Shown here: positions 24,037-39,044 of the stretch, piece after piece
Position numbering within the stretch: position 1 is the first letter of the stretch
Layout of the letters: every line of letters begins with the position of its first letter
Origin: Camelus ferus
Taxonomy: Eukaryota
Length of the DNA: 64,000 nt
Direction: 5' to 3'
Assembly (NCBI RefSeq): GCF_009834535.1
Contig: NC_045696.1
Span: 83,268,001-83,332,000, forward strand
Notes under the pieces: generated by a model
Told to the model about the DNA's origin: nothing
The model's input: the letters and a program-made list of their open reading frames with translations, nothing else
The model's database searches: none
Made by a program: the position numbers and the translations under genes

Positions 24037-25661
24037 GAGGGTCAGTGGATGTGAGGCTGTGAGGATACTTCGGATCTCTACTGTTAAGGAGATGAAAGTT
24101 TGGGGACCTGATCTTTCCAGTCAATAGGAAGTCAAACAAAGTTTGTGAGCTGAGACTGTCCTGAAGACTTGAGGTTAGATGGAAAGATTTGGCTTTTGTG
24201 TTTGGATTGTGACAGTGGTGGGGACCCATTTGGAAGATCAGTTTGGAGAGTATCAGGTCATTGGATCAGCCCAAGTACAAAACAAGTGGGACCTGAACTG
24301 GCTCACTGACAGTGGGAACGGGAATTCAAGTCAAGTGTATTTAACTCAGCAACTGATTTTCTAAAGGAGAGTCAGGGAATGAGAAAGCTCAGTGGTGCCA
24401 AGTGCTTCACATGATAGAGATATTGATAATAAGGATGTTAGTATAATTTCTAATAAGTTAAAAACATGACTTTCCTGTACACATAGAACAGACCTGTTAA
24501 AGATTTTATTCAACTTGTTAATTAATGACAAAGCCAGTAATACACACACACACATCCCAAACATGGGTGATCAGAAATGCTATTATTAACTTGCTAATAC
24601 AGGACTAACTGGTTAATATATTATAAAGAGCAATAAGATTATTTGTGCCTTTTCCATAGTACAGTAATCAAATGTGTATTTATGGTACAAAATACCTTTG
24701 TACTGCTGTGGAGAAGAATCATTTGCATGACTATCAGTTTTCTACAGCTCCTACACTTTCAGAGTTATAAAACAACCCAGTTGACAGAAAGACAATAAAA
24801 GACGCACACGCCTACAGAATTAGGTAATCCCCAGAGAATCCCCTAGGCATGCCCAGCACTCCACTGAGGGGACAAATACTGGTCATCTCTTTTGCCCATT
24901 TCCAAATCTTCTGCTATTTTTTTCTGACATTAATAAATACAGGAGAAGCTATTTCTCATTTTTAGGAATATTAAACATGCAGTGCCAAAGAAACACTCAG
25001 GGGAGAAAGTCCAACGTGCAATCGGAAGGGCTGAGGTGGCACATCAGCAGAGGGACAGGTTTCAATACATTTGTCAGCTCTGCTTAATCTTTCTTCATAT
25101 TTTATCAGTAAGCTCATCAAATTAAGATGTGATCATAGGCTGGAGGCAACTGCCCAGGACTCCGCCCCTTTCTTCCTTCTTGATTGTCAATAACCTATTC
25201 TACTGTGATCCCTGTGTCTAACAGGCTGGCAAATCTTGGTCTGTGTTCTTGACCTGGCTTCCCTTTTCTGGCCCTTTAATATCTGGTGTTTATATTTCCC
25301 TTCTGGTATGTGAATCTCAGTTTGCTTTTCTGTAATCCTGGCCCCTTGGACAGAGATTTCAGCTCACACTTCCGGGATAAAATGGTTGCTCCAGTCTAGA
25401 CTTAACAAGGGAGAACCCATATTTCACCTTAGTCATTTGGCTGGTGTTCAGGTGAGCTCTGCCTAAAAAAGACAAGGGTCAGAGAAGTAGATTTGCACTA
25501 AGATGAAACTGTCCATGCAGAAGTCACAATTTCCAATTTTCTCTTTGACATTTAGCATCCTCTGGCTCACTGACAGAGTCTCCTCTTCTTTACAGTCTGT
25601 GTGCTGACTATTTGCCATGTGATTTGAAAATAGCTCTGGTAACATCTAAGTAAATCAAAGT

Positions 25662-25802
25662 GTTCATTCATTTACTCATCCATCCATTCATTCATTCATT
25701 TGCCAAAAATTACTAAGTGCCTCATGTGTGCTAAACACTGTACTAGGTACCAGAAGATATATAGATAAATAAAATATATTCTTGCCCTCTAAAAACTTAA
25801 CC
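25662..25802 (-). mobile_element. L2 3' end with (TTCA)n tail
   Basis: cattcattcattcatt...actaagtgcctcatgtgtgctaaacactgtactaggtac. Confidence 0.7.
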
Positions 25803-27668
25803 ACTGAGGACTATAAATCAATGACTTTTTTTTTACCTTTCCAAGTACATTCCAGGGCTAGAGTAATAGTAGAGTAGGGTGCACTGATGTGTTCCTCTAC
25901 CACCCCACTACCCACCTCCTCCATAGAAGAAATGACTACAAATAAGCTGAAATAGGGAAATATGCATATAGATATAAATATAGATAGACAGATATGTCCT
26001 ATATAACTGGGATACATGTATAGTGTGTTGCCTTGGATTGTTGTACATTTTGGGATAAGTCAACAAAAGATTTTGGGAAAAAAATTTCTCTTTCAACACA
26101 TCACAGTAAGAAAATGACAGTAACACAATAGCATCAACACTAAAGCAAACGAACAAAAGAACCGTGCTCTGTAACCATGACTGATGAAGACGACCTTGGA
26201 GAATAGCCTCTAAAGAGGCAGAAAACCCCCAAAAGATCACACTTGCTTTGAACAATGTTCTCCTGCCTCTTTTGCTCTGGGTATATTTTAACCCCTACAC
26301 AATTACTTATTGTTATGGATATGACAACATAAACTCCCATAATTTCAGAATTTTATTTAAAAAATATGCCCAAGTAATGGAGTTGCACTATGCAATTTCA
26401 TCCTTCGGCATCCACAAAGAACCAGTAGGTAGGTACTTTGAAATATATATATATATATGTATATATACACACACATACAATGTGGGGGTGCATTTTCAAA
26501 ATTTACCAAGGTCATTAATGCACCAAATGTAAATGGTCTCCCATTTATCAAATGCCCTGGGGAAAGCAGCAGATAAGTGAAATGATAGATAAACAGATGA
26601 AACTCTAGGCTAATGGGCTGTATATCAATGAGTCAATGCCACGTTTATGAAAGGTTTTGGAAAATGATTCCTATTCTTTGCTTATTTTTAAAGTTCTAAA
26701 TCTCAGGAAGGTAGTTGTAGGACTAAAAACTAAATTTAAAAGAAGAGCCATCAGAAGCATTTCTCCTATGACTTTTCTCATGATAATTTGCATTTCTTTA
26801 TATTAATTTCAGCAGAACTTATCAATATCTCCACTTTTGTATCTGTATTGCTCCTCTTTTTCTTTTTGTGAAATCATCAGTTAATACGTTATCTCACCCA
26901 GGGATTATTTCTCCTACTTCTTCCCCCTGACAAACTTATAGGGACTTTATGTAAGAAAAAAAAATAGCATGCTAAAAAATTATTTTAAAAAAGAAGAATC
27001 TTTCAATTTGGTTAATTATAAGCAATCTCTTTTTGATCAAAACAAGTTATTAAAATGAATTTAGGGTGACAGAATTAAAGTTGACAAAGAGAAGACTTCT
27101 TTTCTAGAGCAAGTTATATAAGGCTAAATCAGACGTAGGTCAGTGGGAAACAAACAATGCTCAGAAACAAACTTTCTCTGTTTCCAAAGTGACAAAGAGT
27201 TGAGACGGCAAGTCAGATACTGGATAAGAGGAGACATGTTAAAACACAAAGGTGAAGTCAGACCATTAACGAGATTCAGGAATAACGAATGTGTCTTCCC
27301 TGGGCAAGTGGGTTTTCTGTTTACTAAACAAATGTGTATCTTGATACCTCCAACTGATAACTGAGAAAGGTGCCTGTGGTAAGTCATGTTTCCTCCAATT
27401 CAGGCTGGGTGTTGGGGCTCAGCATGGCTATCAGAGCTGCTGAGTGAGTTGAAGACAAGCACGAACAGGTGACCATGGGCACAGGTGATCAGCCTCAGAG
27501 GAGGGGTTCCTGGGAACAGAACTCCTCCAGTTCTGACAGGGTCGGAACCTTGACAGTAGTTTCCATCAGAAGCCACAGAGGAAATGATCTTGTTGGTGGT
27601 TTCACAAGGCCAGTAATAATTGCCCCTCGTAGGGCTTGAGCTGGGAAGCAAGACCAACCAAGCTCCAC

Positions 27669-27669
<1 letters not shown>

Positions 27670-27704
<35 letters not shown>
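27670..27704 (+). repeat. A35 homopolymer
   Basis: Seen directly; flanked by a near-identical 10-bp direct repeat. Confidence 0.9.
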
Positions 27705-27705
<1 letters not shown>

Positions 27706-29389
27706 CAGGACCTTGGGGCTCAAAGGGAAGGGACAGCAGGAAATGCTAGAGGAAATCTCTTAGAGTTGAAAATGTTAGATGCTTAAGCTCAGAATAACAC
27801 TTCAGAATCTGAAATCCTGGACATAAACTCCCCCCGAAAAAACTCTATAAGAATATAGTTGCTGATATGTGTATTGGTTGTTAAAATGTTGATGTTTTTC
27901 TGTACTAGTTGGAAAGTATTCTCTGTCCTGAGAACACTGAGTGCCCCCCACCCACTGGGCTGCCTCCCCAGTCCCGGGGACCTCACAGACTTCTCCCAGC
28001 TCAGATAATAAATTATTACAGCAGGGGCCCTCAAAAACCCTGGCGGCTCTGGCATCTGCTCTGAATTTGCAGATTTTCCTGTGTCCTACAGGTTACTAAA
28101 TAACTTTTTCTGTTTGCTTATTATGTAGTCCACTTTTATTTCTCCATTGTTCTTATACTGTACTTTATAACTTTTTAAAAAAATCCCAACCTAGGATCCA
28201 ATAGAGGATCATTTGTTGCATTTGCTTGTATTTGCATTTGTACTATCACATTTACATAAATCCAACACTTAAAATGAATTTTATCAGTTTTTTCACTCCC
28301 TCCTCACTGCAACCAGCTCTCCTTTCACAGCAGTCTTCCATACACGTCACCAGAAAGGAAGCCCCCCTTCCCCCAATGATCACCTGCACCTACAATGTTA
28401 ACAAAAAGGAATGTTAGTATCACTATTTGGTACTGAATTCAAAGCTTTAATTAGTGTTTCCAATTCCAATGGCCCTTTCTGAGATTGTCACAGCATGAAA
28501 TAAAGGAAATACAAGATGTGACTATGAAGTGATGAAACTGCCTTTCCCATGTGGCTTGTGGGGGTTTCCCTGCTTACTTTTTAGTTATGCTTTGTATTAC
28601 TCAGTAGGTAAAACCAGCCTTCTGAGCAGGAAGGCTTCTCACACGGCCCAAATAAAACATGCATTCTTCTTCTCACGTTCACAAGGGTTCTTTACTCAGG
28701 AGAATTTAATGTGTATAAAGAACACCAGAGCCTAGTGTTAATCTGTTCTTTTAAAATATTTTTTTCTAAGAATATTAAACAGAATTTTATCTAACATAAG
28801 AGAATACTATCAATGTCCCAAAAGGTCAGCAAACCAATAAAGGACCAAAATAGCAAAACCCTACTCATATATTTCTTATGAGGACAGAATTTTCAAAGGA
28901 CGCCAAACATATTATACTGAGTGGCTTGGTCTTGTCACCACCAGTCACTTGAAAACTCCTCAGACAGTGGCCAATAGTGCAGCAACAGAATCAGGCATGG
29001 ACTCTTCAGGATGGCCATTTACCCCAAGGTTTCATTTATTGGGATGAACCTTTTCATTTTTTCCTGCAGAATTTAGAGATTAATGACATGATGCTTTGGG
29101 GTGTATTGGAAAGGATGCTGAGTGCTTCCTAAAAATGTATCACTGACTTCCATTAATGGCATAGCCAAAGAAAGACAAGACAGTAGCACTGGTGCCAGAG
29201 GTTCATTTCCCTATCTGAACAAAAACCCAGTATCCTAAGAAAGTGAAACCTGCCATTTTAATTTTTCTGCTGTTGAACCAACCTCCTCAAAATAATTTCA
29301 TCTAAAACCAATTGTCTATTTATAGTGAAAAATCAGAGGATCAAGGAAAAGACCAGTGCAGGCAGCAGCCTAAACCTGTGTGCTATGTA

Positions 29390-29780
29390 GACATGTAATA
29401 TGTCCACAAGGCAATCTTCATTAATGTCATGTTGGATATCTTTTAACTATTTTCCCCTCTTTAGAGCAAAAAATACATACATATATGACTGTAATACTTC
29501 ATGCATGTTGTTTTACCAGTATGGGATCACACTGCACACTTTCTTTTATGAACCACTTAGTTTTATTAACTCAATAATATTCTATGACTATTTTCCAGGT
29601 TATGACCATTCTACAATGTTTTAATAACTGCAAGGAAGTGTCATGATATATATGGAGAACTTCTTATTAATGGAGTTCAGTCTATTTATATTCTTTCAGT
29701 ATTATCAATAATTCTCCTATTAGCATCCTTCTAGCTAAATATTTGTTCATATTTGTGCTTATGATAGGACTCCTTAACAT
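29390..29780 (-). mobile_element. Old L1ME-like remnant
   Basis: T-rich; tgggatcacactgcacactttcttttatgaaccactt...attatcaataattctcctattagcatcctt resembles the reverse L1ME 3' region. Confidence 0.5.
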
Positions 29781-30099
29781 TGCTGAGAACAATCAGACAC
29801 AACTGAAGCTAACCCATCATTTGTATGCTGGTCTCAAAGTTCTGTCTGCAAAGGAAATATTGCAAGCATACTCTGTGCTTGATACTATAATAATGATTTC
29901 AGTGTTCTCACTTCAGAGAGCTATTTCAAAGTGTCTGCCATGTGTACCCTGCATTAGAAATGAATATCACAATATTTTGCATATTTTAAAAAAGTGTTTT
30001 GACTTTTAAAATTTAAACCTAAGTAATTCTTTAGACCAGAAATAGTTGTATTCTCTGTAAAATGTGAATCATAGATAGAGCATCACAAGTCACCAGGGA

Positions 30100-31210
30100 A
30101 TGGTAAGTTATTCAATAATTTGTGTTTGAGTAAATGATAAGCAGTCTAGGGTAAAATCCATTTAGAGCCTCACCTCACACCATTTACCAAAACCGATTTG
30201 GGTAGATCAGAGTTAAATACTTTTTAAAACAAACTATTGAAAAACTGGAATTGGATATTCATCGAATCTCTGAAGGGGGGAAGAGTTTTTACAATCAGCA
30301 GTTAGAAAAATCACAAAGAAAGATAATCAATGAATTTGTACTCAGGAAACGTTTTCTAAACTTTTGCGTGCTATAAACACATGGATCAAGAACAAACAAA
30401 CTTGTAGTGTTTGAAAAATGACAAAATAACAGATTACCATCCTCACTAATGAAAAAACATTATTAATAAGAAAAATCACTAAATAGTTTTTTTTTTTTAA
30501 AAAAGAAATTCTGTACAGGCAATTTACAAAAGGTTGCAATTCCCGACATTTTAAAAAGTACCATTTGATTCACTAGAAGCCAAACAAAGCAAACTAATAC
30601 AATAACAATATATCATATTTTAACCTATAAAATATGACAAGTAAAAAAAAGATAAGGTATAATAAAAGGATGTTTTCCTTTTCAGATATCAGTACACATG
30701 GTTATTTAAATTTTTATAAAGAAATATGTTAACATTAATAAGATGCTATAGGAAATGCATATGCCTTCATTTATTGAAAAATGAATAACAATTAAGTTAC
30801 CAATGACATTGTGTAAATTGGAATACATTCATGTTAAATGAGGTTTCAAAAACTATGAAGCCACATGTATGCAGGTGTACAAATATAGCATCACAGTATG
30901 CAAAAACAAATAACGGTTCCCATAGTCGACTAGCACAGTGTACCCATCATGAAAATTCATGCAATAATTATTTGTTAAATGAGCAAAAACAAATATATTT
31001 TAGCAATGATAAATATAATAATATTTCATGAGTATTTTCTAGGTTGTGACTATCTGTAATGTTTCAATAATGGTTCTATAATGTTTCAGTTAAAAAAGAG
31101 TCTGGAAAGAAATGTTGTATCAAGATGCCAAAACATTTGTATTAGTATGGTCATATCATGGGTGATTGTTTTTCATGTCCCTATATTACTTTCTATTTTC
31201 AATTAAGTTA
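30100..31210 (+). mobile_element. Old L1ME-like ORF2/3' remnant
   Basis: cctcacctcacaccatttaccaaaa (PYLTPYTK-like) followed by A-rich L1-like sequence. Confidence 0.55.
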
Positions 31211-33161
31211 ATTTTAAATACAAAATTATAATTAAACAAACATATACTTTAGACTCTGTTCTATCACAGTTTAATCACTTTCAAGTTGTTCTGTGTAATA
31301 GTGTGGTTCGTTGCAATCCTGAAAATGCTCCGTGCAGAAGCATAGAGAAAGTTGCTTTACCACCTTTTTTTTTCTACTTCTTCAGTAAACAAATTTCATT
31401 TCTTACTTGGGAGATAGAAAAATAATAAGGAGGGTTTCTGGAAAGAACTCTTGGGAGACCTAATGTTCGAGAGATGGCTAGCATTTCCAAATGTCCACAA
31501 TATATATTACTCTTATATTAGTTTTCCTTATATAAAATTACCTGAAATACATAAGCATGTAGGCTGAAGAAGAGCCACATCAGGACCCAGAGATGCAAAC
31601 AGATCAATGTTTGCCTGAGTTTATAGTTTCTGCAGGGTATTTGGTGGAAATCCAGGTTGAATTTGACAAGCACATGAGAAGCCATTGGGAGCATTTGAGC
31701 AGGTGAACTGTGTGAGCTCAAACCAATGCATCGGACAGTGCCCTCACTGCCTCTCTGAGGTTGCCTTCCTGTTGTCCCCGGAGGTCTTTCCTCCATCCCC
31801 AGCCTTTAAAACATAATTGATTTATATTTTTATTCCGTTGGTACTCTTCTTCCGGCCATGTAACAGCTGATTAATCCAAACTAATGTGTCAGTAATCTCC
31901 CCTTTCACGTAACCAGCATATTTTAACAACAGCCTTCTGGGATAATACCTAACTCAAGAAGGACAAAGGGATTTTACGTGTTAGTTCCAGTGGACTGAAT
32001 GTGGCTTCCTACACGTTGTGGTAAGACAGGATCTGATACCATTTCTAATTTCAGCAGCAAAAATTACCATGAATAGTAAGTTTGCCATTGGCATAGGATT
32101 GGGTGAATGGTAGCACATGTAGAGTGCTTGCCATTTCAGACTTATCCCAAAAGCAAGACAATTACTTTAGATGATGAAAGGGATTGTATTTGCCACATAC
32201 AACAACTCACACCATGTGTGTGACTGACAGTGGGCCAGTAACACAGAACAGCCACGAAACAGATCTGAATTGCATATATGCTTGTAGAAGGTGCAAAAAT
32301 GAGCAAACCCCAGATATTCAAAATCTTTCCCAATCAGTCAGTGGCCCCTAAACCACCATCCCTAGACCGATCTGTAAGCAAGTTTTGTGCTCATTTGTAC
32401 CAAAATTTTAAAAAAAAAAGGAAAATCATAATTTTTAATAAAGTTTAACTCTTCCTTAATTTAAATATATTTTTTTTAATTCTTAGGTTGTGTCATTCCT
32501 TTTTTAAGTACTAAAATGATCTTTTGTATGAAATGATAGTAACCATAGATGGATTTTTTTCCCTAATACACTCACTATGTTAATTTCCTCATTTAAAAAA
32601 AGTGGAAACTCGCAAAAATCTAAGTCTTAGAAACTTATCTCCAGTTAACAAAGTATTTTAGATAGTCTATCAGTTTGCTTAATATTACTTAATATTACAT
32701 TTTCAACTATGAACGCATAGAAAATAAATATCTCTGCTATTTCCTCCTTATTAGAAAAATAATATTCAACATAATTTCCCTCCTTTTGAGAACTCAGAGG
32801 CCATGGCTATGCTCATTATTTATTATACTCTACTGTAACTAGAACAAGCTCCTTGGGTCTATCTTCAACGAACCCATGCTATCTCATGACTTGAATAGTT
32901 CCACAATTGTTCTAATATTTCTCTATCCCATACTCCCACTTTGTCAACTGTGAGTTCTCCCTGCTGAAGCTGGGAGCAGTCCATTTGTTCTGGCTGCCTC
33001 CTCACCCAGCAACAATTTAGGTAAGAACCAGGCAACACACCTGATGGAAGAAAGTGAAGTTCATAACTTTTAGTTTGACCTTTGAAACATCTAATTTGAC
33101 TTGGGGAAAAAAAAAATGCTTGTGATGATGTTATGGTTCTAAGGTGTGCTCTAGAGAAGTA

Positions 33162-33616
33162 TGTGGCAAACTTAATTATTGAAGGCAGGATGACTCAACA
33201 CCCATTCCCCTCATGCTGTTTTTGTCTTCTATAGAGGCCAGAAAGCTTTTATGCAGCTAGAGGTGGCCATGTGACACAGTGGCAGCTTATGGGATGGAAA
33301 CAGAAGTCTGCACAGGATTTCTGGGGACTTTTCCTAATACGAGCACTAACCCATCCTAGCTTATGCATCATCTTTGAGAATGGAATAGAGCTGAGATGCC
33401 TGGAGGTACAAAGGCCATCTTGAAACCATGAATGAAAAGTATGAAGTAATAGTGAACATTCTACCGATGCTGAAGTGGGGAAGTTAAATTGAAGGCATTC
33501 TTGAGCCATTTTACCAGCCCTGCATGCCTTTCCCTAGACCACCTGCTATGGGAGACAAACTACTAACTGTGTAAGCATCTCTTAATTATTCATGGTCGAA
33601 CATATTCTACATCATA
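33162..33616 (+). mobile_element. MaLR solo LTR, MLT1J/K-like
   Basis: tgtggcaaac...tgcagctagaggtggccatgtgacacag...agaagtctg...gccatcttgaaaccatga. Confidence 0.7.
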
Positions 33617-34639
33617 GCTGAGCATCTTAACATGATTTCTCTAGAGGTAGATTCCATTGAATTTGCTTTATCCTTGAAATATTCCCCAAGGAGATTTCAG
33701 AATTACAAAATACAGTCAAGGTCACTGAAAAATTGATGAAGAGAGTTTCACGGAGCAGAGTGAAAATGTATATCCAAAGCACGTTGGTAAACCATACCTC
33801 AATTTTCATTTGAAGAATGAGAAGGGTCTCTATAAGCAAATATTTCCAGGACCACAAGCCAAGAGACCCTTTTATTACTATAGAACGGCTCATTTCTGTC
33901 CTTTTACTGTTTCAAAACTCAAACCAATAAAGGCAAGCTTCTGATGTCAAACTGAATGCAGAAATATTTTGAAAGTTTCTTTTCTGGTGCATCTTTAAAT
34001 GACAAGTTCTGTACGATGGGAAAAAAAAAAAGTTCATCAAAAAGTGTTAGAAAACTTGAGGCACTTGTCCAGAAGTCAGGAATGTGACGAATTTAAGCAA
34101 GTTGCAGAGAGCTTCACAATGGATTTAATAACTAATGGTTTGGTAAAAATTGAAATCAAATGTGTTCCATCTATAGGATGTTTATCATTGATTTTCTCCC
34201 CTTTTATTTCCATAATAACAATGTTAAAATTTTTTGTGAAATACCTTTAGACACTGAAGAGCTCATTTGAGGAATTAAAAAGAAAAGCTCATATAAACGA
34301 AATAGACCAAATGTTTGCATCAGCGTCTTTTCATTTTGCATCTTATTACCCGGTCACTCATGGAGAACTCAAAAAGCAGAATGCTGAGGTCCATGTATTT
34401 AGGGCACACAGATATTTGAAATTTTATAATAAAAGCTCCCCATTTTAGCAATGAAGATAGATCTAAGCAGGAGCATCCTTGGCTGGATGGAGGAATTCCC
34501 TTGCCCCTCAAAGGTAGGTGTCTTGCATTGGGAGAATGATAGACTATCGTAAGTAATATTTTAAAAAATCATATTCAGAAGTCAGAGTCTGAATACAAAA
34601 AGTGGGTAACTGCCTCTATTTGTCTATTATTCAAAAAAA

Positions 34640-35176
34640 ATCTTTAAAGTACTATTATAAATACAAAATAACCATACTGTTCTTAAAAAATAGAAAAATA
34701 GAGGAAATAAAATCATCGATAGACCTACCAGCCTCAAAAAACATAATTGCTATTAGCATTTTTTGTATTTTCTTTGCAAAAATTTTCCATTGCTTTGTCA
34801 TTTACAAAACCATTCTGTACTTATAATTTTGTATCTTGCTTTTTATTGACTTCTTTGAAGGATTCTCATATTGTTGTAGCTTTATAATCATCATTTTAAT
34901 GACTGTACTGTAATTCACATTTAATACAGTATAATTTTCTTACTTGTCTTGGGTATTTAAGTTGTTTCCAGTAACATGATGTGTTGTCAAAAAATGTTAA
35001 CCTAAAAATAAAAGTCATGTATCATGCTCTTTATTTTAGATTTTTCCTTTAAGATGTATTTTCAAAGTATTATTACTGGGTCAAAGGGTACGAACACTTT
35101 AATGGTTCTTTATACATATTGTCAAATTGTCTTCTAAAATGGTCGTAACAATTACACTCCATCAGAAATATGTGGA
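34640..35176 (-). mobile_element. L1ME-like 3' remnant
   Basis: ttaagttgtttccag...attactgggtcaaagggta...tacatattgtcaaattgtcttc...aattacactccatcag. Confidence 0.65.
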
Positions 35177-36584
35177 AAACATTCATTAAGACTTATTTAT
35201 GCTGGCAGAGGGAATAGGACATTTTGCACCCAAGCGGGCGGGAACCATTCAAACATTTTCTACAGTGGCAGAGAGCATTCCTAGGAACACTCATCTCCAT
35301 TTCTGTCTTCTGAAGAAGGTTTTGGAGGTTAAATATAAGGAAAGTACATTGTCACTAACCTCTTAGAGATTTGTTTTGCACACTAGTATCTTCAAAGTTC
35401 TGCGATATCCTGTCAGAAAGACGACTGTTTAACTGTGTTTAGCCACATGTTTCTCAAACACACCTCCTGCTGAGTGCCTCTAAATTTTTGTAGGACCTGC
35501 TCTCCTTTTGACTTATTAATATGCTCTAACAAATATACCTTTAAAAAAAGACTGATGCACACATCCTATGCAGTTGTTTAATAGAATCAGAAGAATCCCC
35601 CCAAAATCTGAACCTATTTTAGAAAATTCCTGCTCCAAAATGATGGCAGAACTAGCCTAAGGACAGCTTTAAAAAAGACCTAGACGTTAGCAGGTCTGGA
35701 TTAGCCCAGACTTCGCCAAGATTTCAGGTTCCTTGAAGTCTTTGAGGAGGGCTAGAAAAGGAAGTTTTCTCTAGTCAGCTGAGTATGTGATCACAAAAAG
35801 AATTCTTTGTTCCCTGTTCCTTATTTTCCCTCCGGTTTATTTAAACTAATTCTGATTTATATGATTCTTCTATTGCAATAAAGCAGCTGCTGTGTCACAA
35901 ATAAGAACATAATTACAGGAAAAAGAGAAGCCCTGGGGTGACAGCAGCTTTCACAGTATATTCCAGGTGAGCCACTGGCACAGGGTAGGATCACTGTGAA
36001 CGGCACCCCTTATTGTTAACAGTAGTATCTACACTTTGTTCCTGGTTAATAAAAGGACTAAACAATTTCCTTACAAGATGAATTGGCATTTTCAAAGAAT
36101 TTTCATTTGACAAGTGCCATTTTCAGGTCGTGATTTTAAACCACTTGTTAACAACACTAATTGACTCAGATGCTTCATAAAAGTTTGGCAACTGAATGAA
36201 CTCCAAGGAACAAAGATAAACAGATCAAGCCCAAGGACGCTAAGCGCAGAAAAGAGAAAAATGTCAATAGAAACAAAACTGAGCAAAAACAGGAGGACAA
36301 AGCAAATGCAAGCTTTACAAACTAAACAAATAACATCATCCATGAGGCTGATAACTTGTTCTCCCTGAGAACCTCAACCTCTGCCATGTGAAACAGTGTT
36401 CAAATATAAAATGAAGATTTATTGGACTATCAGAGAGACACAGTCAAAAAACATAATTTTGCAATGTAGATATGAAAACCTGGCAGTAAAATTTTCAACC
36501 TTATTACGTCCCTCCCTAATAAATGGTCTAATTGATAAAAAAAAAAAAATGAGGAACACAGTCCAAGTACTTTTAATAGCAATA

Positions 36585-36805
36585 TTAGTAGTCTGTTTAA
36601 AAATGTGGACTCTGAAGCCAAAAAGTTCCGGATTCTCTCTATTCATAAACTTTTAGGATTTGAGGAATATTATTATTTTCTCTAGTGTTCAGCTTCTTCA
36701 TATATAATCTCAAAGGGTGGTGAGAATTAAATGAGATAATGCCTATCAAGTATTTAACACTGTGCCTGGCTCATAATAAATACTCAGTAAATATTAACTA
36801 TTATT
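36585..36805 (+). mobile_element. MIR
   Basis: gtgagaattaaatgagataatg...acactgtgcctggctcataataaatactcagtaaatattaactattatt. Confidence 0.75.
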
Positions 36806-39044
36806 AAAACATTGTAAATTTTATTGGAAACACAAATGATAACCTACGGGGTAGTTATGAGTTGAGACCCTAACCCAGTACCAACAGAAAAGAGCTACTG
36901 AGCTCTATTTGGGGCTGTGGCTCAGAGAAACTGTATGACTTTCTAAACTGGTAGAAACCAAGAATGATCATTCATAATCTGGAGTCTCCTGACATGACTC
37001 AGTGCTCCTATGCCTCTGGGACTTACAACTGTGTTAGATCTGACTTCTAATGACAGGAGCAGTTTCGTCAATGTCATCTCTGAGCCAGACTTAAGAGGGC
37101 AAGACTGGATCACCAATACATAATAAGATCTTTAATGAAATCAGTCCTCCAGGATTAAAGTGTTATTTCCCAATTTTCTTACACTAGACTTAAATTGAGA
37201 AGGGACTACTGCACAAAATCAAAGGAAAGATTGGTATAATGAATTATTACAGGAAGTACCCAGAGAAATGGCAGTGTCCTGCTGAAAAGACGTCTTAAAT
37301 TTTTTTTTATTATTGAAACTTGATGGGCAGAGTACAAAAGCTGAAGCAGATTTCAGTCTGTATTAGATATTTTTCCTCATGGGTATACCCCACCTTGTTT
37401 GAAAAAAATAAAGGAAGTTAGGAGCCAACGCCATATTTGTAAGGATCTGAATCATTAAACATAACTTTTCAAAAAAGATACAGTATCGGATCTCCTTTCC
37501 TCCATATGAATCTTGGGATAAAGAAAGTAAACTAGAGATAAAACAATCTTTTTCAAGGGTAATAAGTACTAGGGCAGAGGGACCAGTGAAAAGCTGGCTC
37601 TACCCACAACCAATAAAATTCTGGAATGATCATTATAAAGAGTATGTGATTTGCTTCCAGAGATGCTGCAACTGAGGACACATTTCTGCCATAATATGAT
37701 GCTGGTTCCTACCTACTGTTTGGTCCATCTCTCTCTTAGAAATCCAAAAAAAAAAAAAAAAAAAAAAAAAGGATGAAAAGAGTGGAGCAATAATATAAGA
37801 GGAGCAATTTGCATCATAACCAACCACATTCATCCATACTACTCATATGTGAGAGGAGACATGGGGCCAGGAGTGCAGGAATAGGGAACCAATGATTGGA
37901 ACTTTCTCAATCTTATTCTTTTTGCCCATAAATCTAATAAATAAACATCTTTTAAAAACACCTGCTATTCAAGCATATTTAATGGAGTTAAACCATATGT
38001 GTGGGCTGGGAAAACTGTAATAGACTGTAATCTTTGAAATTACCCACATAAGTCATTCTGCTTAACTTTTTCTTAATGGGAATTCATAAGATGTCATTAA
38101 AATGAGTTTCATACATGAGACTCAAAAGTGGAGAGTGATAAATCAGATAAGCAGTACCCAAACAAGGAACGGTCTTATTGGGCAACAGCAGAGTGAAATG
38201 AAACAAAGAGAATCTCTAAAGTTAAAAGGCTACAATTAGTAACCTTGGTCTCGAATTATTGTATGTCTGTGACAAGTTGACAGGGGACTTGTCCTTTTGC
38301 CCTGGAATTGATGACTAGCTCCCAAACTAAGACTAAATAGATACTGAGTATCCTGTGTTCTAAAAAGAACTGCCAACATTTGGGGCTTCTTAAGAGGTTC
38401 TCACACTAGCTTTGCTACCCAGTGGCCCCCAACCTTTATAAGCAAAGGGCTGAGGGTGGACGGAGTGGTCTGCATTCTTATCACTTGGCACAGCAATGTT
38501 ATGATTGCTGAGAGACCTCCAGAAAAACAGCATCCTGGCTGTATGACTAGTGCCTTCCCAAGGCTGTGGCCTGCCTGATGACGAAACCCCCACTATGGGG
38601 TTTACCAGTTAAGAGGAAGTAGGGCAAATGTGATAAAGAGTCAAAGATGCAAGCAGAAGCCAGAATTTCCATCAAGGAACCAGGCTTTGGGGAATTCCCA
38701 CAGCAACCTCCCCCAAGAACACATATATGTACCCCCCAAGAAAGCCAGGTGAGGGGCCCTTGCCATACAGCTCCTGCATTTCCCACCGCTGCCTACCATG
38801 TCAATCCCCTCTCTGTGGCCTGAACCTCAAGTCTGGCTTTCTCATGGGAATTCTTCCCTTTCCCCCAATGTTTGTCTCAATGCCAGAAGAGTTAGAACCT
38901 AAAAGAAGACTTTTTCTTTAAAGCAGTTCTCGAAATCTAGGATCAAATCTCAATAGGGAGACAGAGGAGATGAGATTAGAATTTTTAAATATTAAATGAA
39001 TTTTTAATAACCAAGCACAACCAGAAAATGTGGACTCTCACTGA

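Noticed and set aside
27130..27378. Plus-strand GQWETN/CSETNFLC lectin-like string before a gtaagt donor
   Set aside because: It needs a frameshift and is on the opposite strand to the other candidates. Kept as a warning that by-eye lectin matches can arise by chance.
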